Position numbers and translations under genes: made by a program. Below are positions 7,843-18,569 of a stretch of 60,492 nucleotides of DNA, in pieces. The notes below the pieces were generated by a model, which saw only the letters and a program-made list of their open reading frames with translations, was not told the DNA's origin and did not search any database. The first letter of the stretch is position 1; the number at the start of each line of letters is the position of its first letter. The stretch lies in contig JBDRHP010000044.1 of NCBI GenBank assembly GCA_043816785.1, positions 1 to 60,492 of the forward strand. The letters run 5' to 3'. This DNA is from Candidatus Margulisiibacteriota bacterium (GTDB taxonomy: Bacteria; Margulisbacteria; WOR-1; O2-12-FULL-45-9).

Positions 7843-8880
7843 ATGAAAATAGTGATTACTGGTGGGGCCGGCTTTCTGGGGATCAATCTTATCCGCTATT
7901 TGCTTAGGAACAATTATTCAGATATCGTTTCTTTTGATCTGGCGGAATTTGATTATCCGGAAAAATCAAAGATAAAGATCGTCAAAGGGGATATCCGAGA
8001 TCGCTCGGCAGTGGCAGCGGTCATGGCCGGGGCTAATCTGGTGATCCACACAGCGGCTGCCTTGCCTCTTTACAAGAAAAAAGATATTTATTCGACTGAT
8101 GTGGAGGGGACGCGCAATCTTCTTGAGGCAGCTCATCAGAACAGGGTTGCCAGGTTTGTCCACATTTCTTCCACAGCTGTCTACGGGATCCCGGACCATC
8201 ATCCGCTTTATGAGGATGATAAGCTGGTTGGAGTTGGCCCCTATGGTGAGGCAAAGATCCTGGCTGAAAATGTTTGCTTAGAGTATCGCCAAAAAGGCAT
8301 GTGTGTTCCTATTATTCGCCCGAAATCGTTTGTGGGGCCAGAAAGGCTGGGTGTGTTTGTCCTGCTTTATGACTGGGCCAAGGACGGCCGGGGTTTTCCC
8401 ATGATCGGCAGCGGCAAAAACCGTTATCAGCTCTTGGATGTTGAGGATCTCTGCGAAGCAATCTATCTTTGCCTGGCCCTGGATAATAAAATAGTTAATG
8501 ATACCTTTAATATCGGGGCCAAAGAATTTACTACCATGGGTGAGGATTATCAGGCAGTGCTGGATTACGCTGGCCATGGGAAAAAGGTCGTGCCTTTCCC
8601 GGCTGCCCCGGTGATCATGACCTTGCGTTTCTTAGAGTTTTTACGCTTATCTCCGCTGTATAAGTGGGTTTATGAAACTGCCAGTAAAGATTCTTTCGTT
8701 TCAATTGAAAAGGCGGAAAAACTTCTGGGCTTTAAGCCAAAATATTCTAACAAAGACGCTTTGGTCAGAAATTATAAATGGTATTTGGATAATCTTAATA
8801 ATTTTGCTAAACAATCTGGGATCTCGCATCGCGTACCCTGGAAGCAGGGAATCTTAAGTTTGGCGAAAAGATTTTTTTAA
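7843..8880 (+). CDS. NAD-dependent epimerase/dehydratase (extended SDR)
   Basis: TGGAGFLG Rossmann motif and YGEAK catalytic YxxxK. Confidence 0.75.
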   Translation: MKIVITGGAGFLGINLIRYLLRNNYSDIVSFDLAEFDYPEKSKIKIVKGDIRDRSAVAAVMAGANLVIHTAAALPLYKKKDIYSTDVEGTRNLLEAAHQNRVARFVHISSTAVYGIPDHHPLYEDDKLVGVGPYGEAKILAENVCLEYRQKGMCVPIIRPKSFVGPERLGVFVLLYDWAKDGRGFPMIGSGKNRYQLLDVEDLCEAIYLCLALDNKIVNDTFNIGAKEFTTMGEDYQAVLDYAGHGKKVVPFPAAPVIMTLRFLEFLRLSPLYKWVYETASKDSFVSIEKAEKLLGFKPKYSNKDALVRNYKWYLDNLNNFAKQSGISHRVPWKQGILSLAKRFF

Positions 8881-8881
8881 G

Positions 8882-10615
8882 ATGAAAAAGTGGCTGCAGT
8901 TTGCTCAGCAACCAGAATTAAAACAGCAGTTTGCCTCGGAGCTCAAGCTTTCCCCCTTGTTAGCCCAGGTTTTGCTTAATCGTGGCATCAGCACTCTCAA
9001 ACAGGCACAAGGTTTTCTTAATCCTCAACTAGCAGAGCTCTGCGATCCATTTGAGATACCTAATATTGATCAGGCGGCAAAGAGGGTGCTTCAGGCTCGA
9101 GCCAGCGGAGAAAAGGTTCTGGTCTACGGGGATTATGATGTGGACGGGGTTACGGGAACCGCGATCATGCTTCATTCTTTAAAGTTCCTTGGCATCTCAG
9201 CTGAATACTACATTCCTCACCGTTATGATGAAGGCTATAGTTTATCTCAAGCGTCAGTTAAAAAGATCGCTGCCAAAGGGGTCAAGCTGGTAATTACTGT
9301 TGACTGCGGTACCGCTAGCCTGAGAGAGATCGAGCAAGCCAAGGCCTTGGGCCTGGACGTCATTGTCACTGATCATCATAATCTACCCGTAAAGCTGCCC
9401 GCAGCTTATGCCGTAGTTAACCCTAAACTAATTGCCGGGGAACACCCTTCAAAAAACCTTTCCGGCGCCGGAGTTGCTTTCAAATTTGCCTGGGCGTTGT
9501 TGCGTGTTGCCGGTGAAAAAGACAGCGTATTTTTAACATCTTTGCTTGATCTGGCCGCCCTGGGCACGATCTCGGATGTTGTGCCCTTAACTGCAGAGAA
9601 CCGCGTTTTGGCAGTCAGAGGATTAAAACTGCTTAATGAGCGAAAACGGCTGGGGCTAAAGCATTTGGCGGAAGTATCTTCCATAAAAGGCAATCTTTCT
9701 GTCAATCATGTTTATTTTGCCTTGGCCCCGCGCATTAACGCAGCAGGCCGGCTGGAGCATGCTACCAAATCATTAGAGTTGATGCTTACTGAGGACGAGG
9801 CCCAAGCTAGGGCCCTGGCGCTGGAGTTAAACAAGATCAATGTGCGGCGGCGGGGAATTGGCGGGGATATCAAAGAGGAAGTTTTTTCTCGGCTGGATGA
9901 CAGCTATATTAGTGAAAACCAGCTGATTTTGCTCTCTGGTGAAAACTGGCATCCCGGAGTAATTGGCATTGTTGCTTCTCAGCTTGTGGACCGTTTTGTG
10001 CGGCCAGCCATCTTGGTTGGGGTCAATGAGGGCATTGGCCGAGGTTCAGCCAGATCAATTAGCGGCTTTAACGTGTTTAATTTGTTAAATTCCTGTCAGG
10101 ATCTTTTTATTGATTTTGGCGGCCATGCCGGGGCTGCGGGTTTTGAGATCAAAGCTGATAATATTGCTGCGTTGTTCAGCCGCCTAAAGGAGGCGGGGGC
10201 TGCCAGCCTTTCAGCCGAAGCGCTTAGTCCGAAGATAATGATCGATGCCAAACTTGCTCCTTCGGAAATAACCATGAGTCTGATCAGGGAACTGGAAATT
10301 CTTGATCCCCATGGCGAAGGCAACCCCACGCCAATTTTTATGAGCCAGGGCCTTAAGCTCTCTGACCTGCGCCGCGTTGGCAATAATGGCCAGCACCTTA
10401 AGTTAAAAATGACTGATGGTCAGAGTAACCTGGAGACTATTGGTTTTAATCTGGGCGACCTGGCTGATCAGCTTACATATAATATAGGCTATGATGTTGC
10501 CTATCATTTGGAAGCGAATGAATGGAATGGGTTTGAGACAGCGCAGCTGCGCTTAGTAGACATTAGGGAGGCAGCTATCAACGAATCTAAAACGAATGAA
10601 CGAATGGGGGAATGA
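8882..10615 (+). CDS. recJ: Single-stranded-DNA-specific exonuclease RecJ
   Basis: DHH-family motifs VYGDYDVDGVTG, ITVDCG, IVTDHH and GGHAGAAG. Confidence 0.9.
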   Translation: MKKWLQFAQQPELKQQFASELKLSPLLAQVLLNRGISTLKQAQGFLNPQLAELCDPFEIPNIDQAAKRVLQARASGEKVLVYGDYDVDGVTGTAIMLHSLKFLGISAEYYIPHRYDEGYSLSQASVKKIAAKGVKLVITVDCGTASLREIEQAKALGLDVIVTDHHNLPVKLPAAYAVVNPKLIAGEHPSKNLSGAGVAFKFAWALLRVAGEKDSVFLTSLLDLAALGTISDVVPLTAENRVLAVRGLKLLNERKRLGLKHLAEVSSIKGNLSVNHVYFALAPRINAAGRLEHATKSLELMLTEDEAQARALALELNKINVRRRGIGGDIKEEVFSRLDDSYISENQLILLSGENWHPGVIGIVASQLVDRFVRPAILVGVNEGIGRGSARSISGFNVFNLLNSCQDLFIDFGGHAGAAGFEIKADNIAALFSRLKEAGAASLSAEALSPKIMIDAKLAPSEITMSLIRELEILDPHGEGNPTPIFMSQGLKLSDLRRVGNNGQHLKLKMTDGQSNLETIGFNLGDLADQLTYNIGYDVAYHLEANEWNGFETAQLRLVDIREAAINESKTNERMGE

Positions 10616-10616
10616 G

Positions 10617-11900
10617 ATGAAAATATTAGTTATTGGTTCAGGCGGGAGAGAACATGCCTTAGTTTGGAAAATCTCACAAAGTCCGAAGGTTGATAAGATC
10701 TATTGCGCGCCGGGAAATGCCGGGACGGCCGAACTGGCTGAGAATGTGGCGATCAAGGACTCAGATATCAAAGCGCTGAAAGAATTCGCTAAAGAGAAGA
10801 AGATCGATCTAACCGTGGTTGGGCCAGAAGTCCCACTGGTAGCTGGGATTGTTGATATTTTTGAGAAAGATGGGCTAAAGATATTTGGCCCCTGTCAAAG
10901 AGCGGCCCTGATTGAGGGCAGCAAGGTCTTTTCCAAAGAATTTATGATCAAGTATGAGATTTCCACTGCTCAAGCTGGGATCTTTGATAATCTAAAAGAG
11001 GCCCATGACTATATTAATGTAATAGGCGCGCCAGTTGTGGTTAAAGCGGATGGCTTAGCAGCTGGTAAAGGGGTCATAGTTTGTCAGACCAAAGAGGAAG
11101 CAATTGCCGCGGTTGATTTAATATTGGTAAAGAGGGAATTTGGTAAAGCAGGGGACAAGGTGATAATCGAGGAGTGTTTGGTGGGGGAAGAAGCCTCTAT
11201 TATTGCTTTGACAGATGGTAAATCAATTGTTCCTTTAGCTTCATCTCAGGATCACAAGCGGGTTTTTGATAATGATGAAGGGCCGAATACCGGAGGCATG
11301 GGAGCTTATTCTCCAGCCCCGATCGTCACTGATCGACTGATGGAGGAGATCGTGGTTAACGTTCTCAGGCCTTTTGTCTCTGGCATGAACCAGGAAGGGA
11401 CTCCATATAAGGGAGTTATTTACGCAGGTGTAATGGTGACCAAAGATGGCCCAAAGGTTTTAGAATTTAATTGTCGTTTTGGTGATCCTGAGACTCAGCC
11501 TATCCTGATGCGCATGAAAAGCGATATTGTCCCAATATTTGAAGCCGTGGTTTCGGGAAAGCTTGATAACAGATTAATTGAATGGAATGAAAAAGCCGCG
11601 GTTTGTGTGGTCTTGGCCTCCGGTGGATATCCAGGCAAGTACGAAAAGGGAATTCCTATCACCGGGATAGATAAAGTTGACCAATTAGATAACGCCTATG
11701 TTTTTCAGGCTGGAACTAAGCTGGCAAGCGGTAAACAGATCGTGACTTCAGGCGGAAGAGTCCTGGGGGTTACAGCGCTTGGTGACGGGATAAAATTTGC
11801 GATCCAGAATGCCTATCGGGCGGTTTCTTTTATCAAATTTAAGGATATGCTTTATAGAAAGGATATTGGTAAAAAGGCGATTAAACACATTTCCCGTTAA
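10617..11900 (+). CDS. purD: Phosphoribosylamine-glycine ligase
   Basis: MKILVIGSGGREHALVWK start and the ATP-grasp core. ATG 10617 follows the recJ stop by 1 nt. Confidence 0.92.
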   Translation: MKILVIGSGGREHALVWKISQSPKVDKIYCAPGNAGTAELAENVAIKDSDIKALKEFAKEKKIDLTVVGPEVPLVAGIVDIFEKDGLKIFGPCQRAALIEGSKVFSKEFMIKYEISTAQAGIFDNLKEAHDYINVIGAPVVVKADGLAAGKGVIVCQTKEEAIAAVDLILVKREFGKAGDKVIIEECLVGEEASIIALTDGKSIVPLASSQDHKRVFDNDEGPNTGGMGAYSPAPIVTDRLMEEIVVNVLRPFVSGMNQEGTPYKGVIYAGVMVTKDGPKVLEFNCRFGDPETQPILMRMKSDIVPIFEAVVSGKLDNRLIEWNEKAAVCVVLASGGYPGKYEKGIPITGIDKVDQLDNAYVFQAGTKLASGKQIVTSGGRVLGVTALGDGIKFAIQNAYRAVSFIKFKDMLYRKDIGKKAIKHISR

Positions 11901-11925
11901 TTTGCAAGAAAACCTAGAATTCCCC

Positions 11926-11953
11926 TTGACAGGACCTGTCAAAATGATATAAA
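11926..11953 (+). promoter_or_regulatory. Promoter of the rpmG-led ribosomal super-cluster (TTGACA-16 nt-TGaTATAAA)
   Basis: TTGACA at 11926-11931, TG at 11945-11946, TATAAA at 11948-11953. The -35 box is embedded in a perfect 17-bp palindrome. Confidence 0.55.
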
Positions 11954-12061
11954 ATACTTCTTTGTCGCTCTAACGATGGGGCGACTGAAATTTCTACTCG
12001 TTTTGCCAAAAATTAAAAACATTTTGGTGGAGGGGTTTTTTCGTGCTTTGGGGTAATTTAT

Positions 12062-12211
12062 ATGCAAGAAGTTATAACGTTAGTCTGTACTGAGTGTAAA
12101 AGAAAAAATTATACATCCACTAGAAATAAGAAAAATCAAAAAGAGCGTTTGGAGCTCTCGAAGTTTTGTAATTGGTGTCGGAAGCATACTAAGCATAAGG
12201 AAGAAAAGTAG
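12062..12211 (+). CDS. rpmG: 50S ribosomal protein L33 (Cys4 zinc form); 49 aa, below the ORF-track cutoff
   Basis: My own translation gives [49 protein letters not shown]. It has the canonical position before tRNA-Trp and secE. Confidence 0.85.
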   Translation: MQEVITLVCTECKRKNYTSTRNKKNQKERLELSKFCNWCRKHTKHKEEK

Positions 12212-12221
12212 GAGAAGTCGC

Positions 12222-12292
12222 GGGTCTGTCGGTTAATGGCAAACCACCGGTCTCCAAAACCGGGACTCCCCGTTCGAGTCGGGGCAGACCCG
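12222..12292 (+). tRNA. trnW: tRNA-Trp (anticodon CCA), no encoded 3' CCA
   Basis: Hand-folded cloverleaf. Acceptor stem GGGTCTG/CAGACCC, D stem GGTT/AACC, anticodon stem CCGGT/ACCGG with loop CTCCAAA, and T arm CCCCG-TTCGAGT-CGGGG. Confidence 0.85.
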
Positions 12293-12308
12293 ATTCTTAA
12301 TATTTATA

Positions 12309-12503
12309 ATGAAAGATAAGTTTGGGCAGGTCGTAAAGTATTTTAAGGAGACTAGGGCTGAAACCAAGAAGGTTGTCTGGCCTGATCGTCGATACGTGGC
12401 GGTGGCTACAGTGATAATTTTGGTCCTGGTTGTGATTACCGGTCTTTATGTGATGGCCGTTGACTTCACCTTTTCCAAAATATTTGGTTTGCTGTTAAGA
12501 TAA
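12309..12503 (+). CDS. secE: Preprotein translocase subunit SecE
   Basis: 64 aa with the KETRAETKKVVWP motif and a single TM helix, in the conserved position before nusG. Confidence 0.8.
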   Translation: MKDKFGQVVKYFKETRAETKKVVWPDRRYVAVATVIILVLVVITGLYVMAVDFTFSKIFGLLLR

Positions 12504-12506
12504 AAT

Positions 12507-13235
12507 ATGACGGAAGAAATAGATAACAATTTGAACCCAAGTCCTGAAGAGACAAAGCCTGCTGAGCCTCAAGACGCTCAAGCAGAACCAAAGCCCGAGC
12601 AGCCGGCTGGAGCAGAGCCGGTTAAGGAAGAAGAGAAGCCAGTTGAAGAAGCCGTCGAAGTTGAGGAAATCCTGGCAGAGGAAAAGGCTGAGACGCCTAA
12701 ACCCCTTGGAGAAAAAAAGTGGTACGTGATCCAGACCTTGACTGGCCAGGAAGACAGGGTAAAGCAATCAATTGATCTAACGATCAAGTCTAAAAGCCTC
12801 AAGGACAAAGTTTTTCAAGTCCTGGTGCCCACGGAAGAAACTGTTGAGATCAAGGGCGGAAAAAGGCTTGAGAAAGTTAAAAAGATGTTTCCAGGCTATG
12901 TGTTCCTGGAAATGATCCTGGATGAAGAATCCTGGTACCTGATGCGAGAGACTCCGGGGGTGGCCCGTTTTATCGGCACAAAAGTAAAGCCCACTCCGGT
13001 TTCCGGCAAAGAAATGCAACGAGTTCTTAAGCAGCTTGGCAAAGGTAGCAAACTGCTTGAAATCACGTTTGAAAAAGGGGAAGGGGTCAGGGTTATTTCC
13101 GGACCTTTTCGCGGCTATATCGGAATAGTTGATGATGTTAATGCTGAGAAAGGCAAACTTAAGATCCTGATCAATATTTTTGGCCGGGATACGCCAGTTG
13201 AAGTGAATTTTGAGCACGCCCAAAAGATAGCTTAG
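12507..13235 (+). CDS. nusG: Transcription termination/antitermination factor NusG with about 70-aa acidic Pro/Glu/Lys-rich N-terminal extension
   Basis: The NGN domain starts at [16 protein letters not shown]. The KOW domain includes [21 protein letters not shown]. Confidence 0.9.
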   Translation: MTEEIDNNLNPSPEETKPAEPQDAQAEPKPEQPAGAEPVKEEEKPVEEAVEVEEILAEEKAETPKPLGEKKWYVIQTLTGQEDRVKQSIDLTIKSKSLKDKVFQVLVPTEETVEIKGGKRLEKVKKMFPGYVFLEMILDEESWYLMRETPGVARFIGTKVKPTPVSGKEMQRVLKQLGKGSKLLEITFEKGEGVRVISGPFRGYIGIVDDVNAEKGKLKILINIFGRDTPVEVNFEHAQKIA

Positions 13236-13237
13236 TT

Positions 13238-13678
13238 ATGGTTAAGAAGAAAAAGAGCAAAAAACAGATAATAACGAAAGTAAAATTGCAGATTCCAGCT
13301 GGTAAAGCCAATCCCGCTCCGCCTATTGGACCAGCATTGGGCCAGCATGGTCTGAATATTATGGATTTCTGCAAGCAATATAACGCGGCGACCAAGGATA
13401 GGGGAGACATTATTGTACCGGTTGAGATTACGATTTACAAAGATCGTTCTTTTTCGTTCATTTTAAAGACCCCGCCGGCCGCTGACCTGTTGCGCAAAGC
13501 GGCCGGGATAGAAAAAGGTTCTGGCGAGCCGAACAAGGTTAAGGTTGGCAGGGTTAAACGAGAAAAGATCAAAGAAATCGCCCAGATCAAGATGCCTGAC
13601 CTTAATGCCAATGATGTTTCCGCGGCTATGAAGATCATCGAAGGCACGGCCAGAAATATGGGGATAACAATCGAGTAA
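13238..13678 (+). CDS. rplK: 50S ribosomal protein L11
   Basis: [31 protein letters not shown]. Confidence 0.95.
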   Translation: MVKKKKSKKQIITKVKLQIPAGKANPAPPIGPALGQHGLNIMDFCKQYNAATKDRGDIIVPVEITIYKDRSFSFILKTPPAADLLRKAAGIEKGSGEPNKVKVGRVKREKIKEIAQIKMPDLNANDVSAAMKIIEGTARNMGITIE

Positions 13679-13682
13679 CAAA

Positions 13683-14387
13683 ATGAGCAAAGCCAAGAAG
13701 TATAAAGAAGTAGAAAAATTAGTTGATAAAAGCAAGCTTTATCTGCCGGCTGAAGCCTTGCAGCTGGTTAAGCAAACCGCCTGGGCCAAATTTGACGAAT
13801 CGATCGATCTGGCCATGAAGCTTGGGGCTGATCCGAAAAAGCACTCTGTCCGCGGCACGGTTTTGCTACCGGCCGGTTCAGGCAAGACAAAAAAGATCGC
13901 GGTTATTACTAAAGATGCTAAGGCTGTCGAGGCCCAAGAAGCCGGCGCCGATTTTGTCGGAGCTGATGATCTGGCTGACAAGATCAAGAATGGCTTCCTT
14001 GATTTTGATGTTTTGATCGTAACGCCGGATATGATGGGAACGGTTGGTAAGCTGGGTAAGGTTTTAGGTCCTAAGGGCCTCATGCCAAATCCCAAATCCG
14101 GGACTGTGACCATGGAGATCGGGAAGACGGTTAAAGAATTTAAAGGCGGCAAAACCGAATTCAAAATGGATAAGACCTCGGCCTTGCATATGATCTTGGG
14201 GAAAATGTCGTTCGACGTCGCTGCTTTAGAGAAGAATTTTTTAGCGGCCGTGTCAGCGATTTCTCACGCCAAGCCCAGCGGGCTAAAAAACGTTTTTATT
14301 CAGTCCATCACAGTGTCTGGCACAATGGGGCCGGGCATCAAAATTGATCCGAAAATAGTTGCGGAGAAAGTGGAGCAGGCAATTTAA
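13683..14387 (+). CDS. rplA: 50S ribosomal protein L1
   Basis: Typical L1 sequence (FDESIDLAMKLGADPKK, GPKGLMPNPKSGTVT). Confidence 0.95.
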   Translation: MSKAKKYKEVEKLVDKSKLYLPAEALQLVKQTAWAKFDESIDLAMKLGADPKKHSVRGTVLLPAGSGKTKKIAVITKDAKAVEAQEAGADFVGADDLADKIKNGFLDFDVLIVTPDMMGTVGKLGKVLGPKGLMPNPKSGTVTMEIGKTVKEFKGGKTEFKMDKTSALHMILGKMSFDVAALEKNFLAAVSAISHAKPSGLKNVFIQSITVSGTMGPGIKIDPKIVAEKVEQAI

Positions 14388-14388
14388 T

Positions 14389-14943
14389 ATGGCAAACGCG
14401 AAAGTTGTTGCAAAGAAGAAACAGCTGGTTGACGACCTTACAGAAAAGATCTCATCTGCTAGTGTGCTGATCATTTCTGATTATCGCGGCATTTCTGTTA
14501 AGGAAATCACAGAGCTGCGCCGCAAGCTTTATTCAGAGAAGTCAGAATTTAAAATTGTTAAGAATACCTTGCTAAGCCGTGCCCTGGAAGCAGCTGGTTA
14601 TGAGCAGCTCAAAGAACATCTTGAAGGGCCAACGGGTGTCTTGCTCGGTTATGAGGATCCGGTTGAGCCGTTAAAGGCCTTGGTTGATTTTGTTGACGAA
14701 ATCGAGAAGGGCAAGATCAAGGCTGGCGTGATTGAAAAGAACGTTGTTGACGAAAAAAGCCTTGCGGAGATCTCTAAGCTCCCGCCTAAGGAAGTTTTAC
14801 TGGCTAAGGTTGTTGGCGGTTTTCAGGCCCCGATCTATGGCTTGGTCAATTGCCTGCAGGGAAATATTCGCAAATTAGTTTATGCTCTGGTCGCGGTAAA
14901 AGATAAAAAGGATAAAGGAGGGGAGAAAAATGGCAAAGGTTGA
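14389..14943 (+). CDS. rplJ: 50S ribosomal protein L10
   Basis: The [17 protein letters not shown] start at ATG 14389 comes just after the rplA stop. The ORF-track start at 14359 overlaps rplA. Confidence 0.9.
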   Translation: MANAKVVAKKKQLVDDLTEKISSASVLIISDYRGISVKEITELRRKLYSEKSEFKIVKNTLLSRALEAAGYEQLKEHLEGPTGVLLGYEDPVEPLKALVDFVDEIEKGKIKAGVIEKNVVDEKSLAEISKLPPKEVLLAKVVGGFQAPIYGLVNCLQGNIRKLVYALVAVKDKKDKGGEKNGKG

Positions 14944-15301
14944 TGAGATTTTAACGTCGGTTGAGGAGATGACGGTGCTGGAGCTGGCCGAGCTGGTAAA
15001 GAAATTAGAGGAGAAGTTCGGTGTTTCAGCGGCTGCACCTGTTATGGTTGGCGCAGTGGGAGCGGCTGGCGGCGAGGCGGCTGAAGTCAAGGATGAATTT
15101 GACGTCGTTTTGGCAGATACCGGAGCGAAAAAGATCCAGGTCCTGAAAGTTTTGCGTGAGGTTACCGGCTTGGGGCTCAAAGAAGCCAAGGAGTTGGTTG
15201 ATTCTGCGCCAAAGCCAATTAAACAGGGTGTGAAGAAGGAAGAAGCTGAGGAGATCAAGAAGAAGTTAGAGAGCGAAGGAGCAAAGGTTGAAATTAAGTA
15301 A
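14930..15301 (+). CDS. rplL: 50S ribosomal protein L7/L12
   Basis: AGGAGG precedes the start. Ala-rich hinge and C-terminal domain [20 protein letters not shown]. Confidence 0.95.
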   Translation: MAKVDEILTSVEEMTVLELAELVKKLEEKFGVSAAAPVMVGAVGAAGGEAAEVKDEFDVVLADTGAKKIQVLKVLREVTGLGLKEAKELVDSAPKPIKQGVKKEEAEEIKKKLESEGAKVEIK

Positions 15302-18300
15302 TGACTAAAAGAATTAATCTGGTTAATCTTAAACAAAGAAAAGTTGTTGAGGCCCCAGATCTATTGGAGCTTCAACGAGACTCTTTTCGGTGGTTTCTGG
15401 AAGAGGGTTTGCCTGAAGAACTCAGGACTATTTCCCCGATCAAGGGCTACGATGGGAAGCTGCAGCTGTCTTTTAGCGGCAAGTTTATACTTGGTAAGCC
15501 AAAGTACTCCCCTCAAGACTCACTGATCCGTGAGACCACTTATGCCTTACCGCTAAAAGTTGAGGCGCGTCTGCTCAACCGCCAGAGTAAGGAGATAAAA
15601 TCGCAGCATGTTTTCATTGGTGACTTGCCAATGATGACCGAGCGCGGCACGTTCATCATAAACGGAGCCGAAAGGGTGATCGTTTCTCAGTTGGTAAGGT
15701 CGCCGGGTGTTTATTATCGCGAATCAAAACGGATTGAGCGGGTCGGCAAAACTTTTTATTACGCCACCGTTATTCCTGATCGCGGTGCCTGGCTGGAGAT
15801 TGAAACTGATGCGGCTGGAGCGATTTTTACCCGGATTAACCGTACGCGTAAGATCCCAATTACCATGTTCCTAGCGTCAATCGGCTGTTCAGAAAAGGAG
15901 ATTATCCAAGCCCTGTCCGAAGGTGAGTTCCGGCGCCGTTCTCTCAAGGAATGTCCGATTCTTCCCAAGGATGAGGCCTTGATCGAGGTTTACAAGAAAT
16001 TGCGGCCGGGCGATCCAGTAACCCAAGAAGGCGCCCAGGTCTATCTCAATAATTTATTCTTTAACAGCCGCCGTTATGATCTTGGTCGGGTCGGTCGTTA
16101 TAAACTGAACAACAAGCTGGCGATCAAGGTGCCTGAGGACACATTTGTGCTGACCAAAGCGGACATTCTGGCGATGGTCAAGTACTTGATATTAATTAAT
16201 TCTGGCGAAGGTATTGCTGATGATATTGATCATTTGGGTAACCGGCGGGTGCGCGCGGTTGGTGAGCTCTTGCAGCGGCAGATCAGGATTGGTCTGACGA
16301 GGATTGAGCGACTTATTAAAGAACAAATGATGATAAAAGGTGATGAAGCTGTTTCCCCCGGACAGTTGATCAATATTCGTCCTCTCCAAGCGGTTATTAA
16401 GGAGTTTTTCGGTTCGAGCCAACTTTCTCAGTTCATGGATCAAACCAATCCTTTGGCTGAGTTGACTCATAAGCGCAGACTTTCCGCTTTAGGGCCTGGT
16501 GGCTTGACTCGTGAACGGGCTGGTTTTGAGGTTCGCGACATTCATCCTTCGCATTATGGCCGGATTTGTCCGATCGAAACTCCCGAAGGTCCCAACGCCG
16601 GCCTGATAGGCTCTTTGGCGACCCACGCTCGTGTTAATAAGTTTGGTTTTATTGAAACGCCTTATCACATAGTTGAAAAGGGCATCGTTACCAACAAGCT
16701 GGTGTATTTGACTGCTGATCTTGAAGATCTTAACAAGATAGCTTCTTATGATGTGCGCCAGGATAAAAAAGGCAAAATAACTGAAGAGCATGTGCCTGTT
16801 CGCTACAAACGCAATTTTATATTCGCTGAGGCAAATGAGGTTGAATATATCGGTGTGGCGCCTGAGCAGATCGTCGGTATAACGACTGCGATGATTCCAT
16901 TTATTGAGCACGACGACGCTAACCGCGCCTTGATGGGTGCGAACATGCAAAGACAATCAGTTCCTTTGCTCCAACCAGAATCACCGATCGTTGGCACCGG
17001 ATTTGAAGCTAAAGTGGCCAGCGACTCTCGAACGCTGGTTGTGGCGGAAAATTCCGGGAAAGTTGTAAAGCTCTCAGCTGAAGAGATCGTGATTCAACGT
17101 AGCGGCGGCAAAAAGGAACTTTATAAATTAATTAATTTCAGCCGCAGCAACCAGAACACGCTGATCCACCAAAGGCCGACAATTAAACTGGGCGACCAGG
17201 TTAAAAAGGGACAAGTCCTTGCCGATGGATCGGCTACATCTGATGGAGAGTTAGCCTTAGGCCGGAATCTGCTGGTAGCCATGATGCCCTGGGAAGGCTA
17301 CAACTATGAAGATGCTATTATTCTTTCAGAACGGCTGGTTAAGAAGGATCTTTTTACCACAATTCATATCGAGCGTTTAGAGGTGGAGGTCCGGGCGACC
17401 AAGCTGGGGATGGAAGAAATCACCCGCGAGATCCCTAACGTAGGCGAGGAAGCACTGGCTAATCTGGATGAAAGAGGGATAATTACACCTGGGTCAGAGG
17501 TAGGGCCAGGCGTTGTTCTGGTTGGTAAAGTAACGCCAAAGGGTGAAACCGAGCTGCCCGCAGAAGAGAAACTGTTGCGGGCGATTTTTGGCGATAAGGC
17601 TCGCGATATGCGTGATACCTCATTGCGGGTTCCTCCGGGTGAGGGTGGGATTGTTATTGCAGTGCGTATTTTTTCGCGTGAGAACGGGGATGAACTACCA
17701 CCTGGAGTGCATGAACTGGTTCGTGTCTATTTAGCGCAAATGAGAAAAGTCTCGGTAGGAGACAAGCTTGCCGGGCGACACGGGAACAAGGGTGTGGTGG
17801 CCAGAATATTGCCGGAAGAAGATATGCCATATATGCCGGATGGCAGGCCGCTTGATGTAATTTTAAATCCTTTAGGCGTGCCTTCTCGTATGAATATCGG
17901 TCAGATTTTTGAGCTTTTGCTTGGCCATGCCGGGCATGCCCTGGGTGTGAAATACCAACTGCCGGCTTTTGACGAAGCGATTGAGGATGATGCTTCGGTT
18001 AGAATTGTTGAGCAGGAACTGGAAAAGGCTGCCAGAGAAAAAGGGATCACTTGGATGGATGCCAGCGGCAAGGTTGAATTGTGCGATGGGCGGACAGGCA
18101 GGCCCTTTGGCCGTAAAATCGCGGTTGGCTATATGTATTTGATGAAATTGATCCACTTAGTTGATGATAAGATGCATGCTCGCTCCACCGGGCCTTATTC
18201 GCTGATTACCCAGCAGCCCCTTGGCGGTAAGGCGCAATTCGGTGGCCAGCGCTTTGGTGAAATGGAAGTTTGGGCCCTGGAAGCTTACGGCGCAGCCCAT

Positions 18301-18567
18301 ACTCTTCAGGAATTGCTGACGGTTAAGTCGGATGATGTGGTTGGCCGTTCTCGAGTTTATGAAGCGATCATCAAGGGTAAAGCCATGGGTAAGCCTGGCA
18401 TTCCTGAATCATTTAAGGTCTTGGTTAAGGAACTACGCAGTCTTGGTCTGGATGTCAAGACTCTGGATAAGTCGGGTAAAGAGGTCAATATTGACGAACA
18501 AGAAAAACTTGCCGGTAAAAGAATGCCCCGGATTTTCGGCAAGGAAAAGGCTAAAGGGAGGATATAA
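15301..18567 (+). CDS. rpoB: DNA-directed RNA polymerase subunit beta
   Basis: 1088 aa with conserved beta motifs ([36 protein letters not shown]). Confidence 0.97.
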   Translation: MTKRINLVNLKQRKVVEAPDLLELQRDSFRWFLEEGLPEELRTISPIKGYDGKLQLSFSGKFILGKPKYSPQDSLIRETTYALPLKVEARLLNRQSKEIKSQHVFIGDLPMMTERGTFIINGAERVIVSQLVRSPGVYYRESKRIERVGKTFYYATVIPDRGAWLEIETDAAGAIFTRINRTRKIPITMFLASIGCSEKEIIQALSEGEFRRRSLKECPILPKDEALIEVYKKLRPGDPVTQEGAQVYLNNLFFNSRRYDLGRVGRYKLNNKLAIKVPEDTFVLTKADILAMVKYLILINSGEGIADDIDHLGNRRVRAVGELLQRQIRIGLTRIERLIKEQMMIKGDEAVSPGQLINIRPLQAVIKEFFGSSQLSQFMDQTNPLAELTHKRRLSALGPGGLTRERAGFEVRDIHPSHYGRICPIETPEGPNAGLIGSLATHARVNKFGFIETPYHIVEKGIVTNKLVYLTADLEDLNKIASYDVRQDKKGKITEEHVPVRYKRNFIFAEANEVEYIGVAPEQIVGITTAMIPFIEHDDANRALMGANMQRQSVPLLQPESPIVGTGFEAKVASDSRTLVVAENSGKVVKLSAEEIVIQRSGGKKELYKLINFSRSNQNTLIHQRPTIKLGDQVKKGQVLADGSATSDGELALGRNLLVAMMPWEGYNYEDAIILSERLVKKDLFTTIHIERLEVEVRATKLGMEEITREIPNVGEEALANLDERGIITPGSEVGPGVVLVGKVTPKGETELPAEEKLLRAIFGDKARDMRDTSLRVPPGEGGIVIAVRIFSRENGDELPPGVHELVRVYLAQMRKVSVGDKLAGRHGNKGVVARILPEEDMPYMPDGRPLDVILNPLGVPSRMNIGQIFELLLGHAGHALGVKYQLPAFDEAIEDDASVRIVEQELEKAAREKGITWMDASGKVELCDGRTGRPFGRKIAVGYMYLMKLIHLVDDKMHARSTGPYSLITQQPLGGKAQFGGQRFGEMEVWALEAYGAAHTLQELLTVKSDDVVGRSRVYEAIIKGKAMGKPGIPESFKVLVKELRSLGLDVKTLDKSGKEVNIDEQEKLAGKRMPRIFGKEKAKGRI

Positions 18568-18569
18568 CT

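Noticed and set aside
11976-12056. 26-codon ORF ([26 protein letters not shown]) in the rpmG leader, as a possible leader peptide.
   Set aside because: It has no Shine-Dalgarno site, no recognisable attenuation logic and no way to test conservation here. It is kept only as a note within the leader finding.
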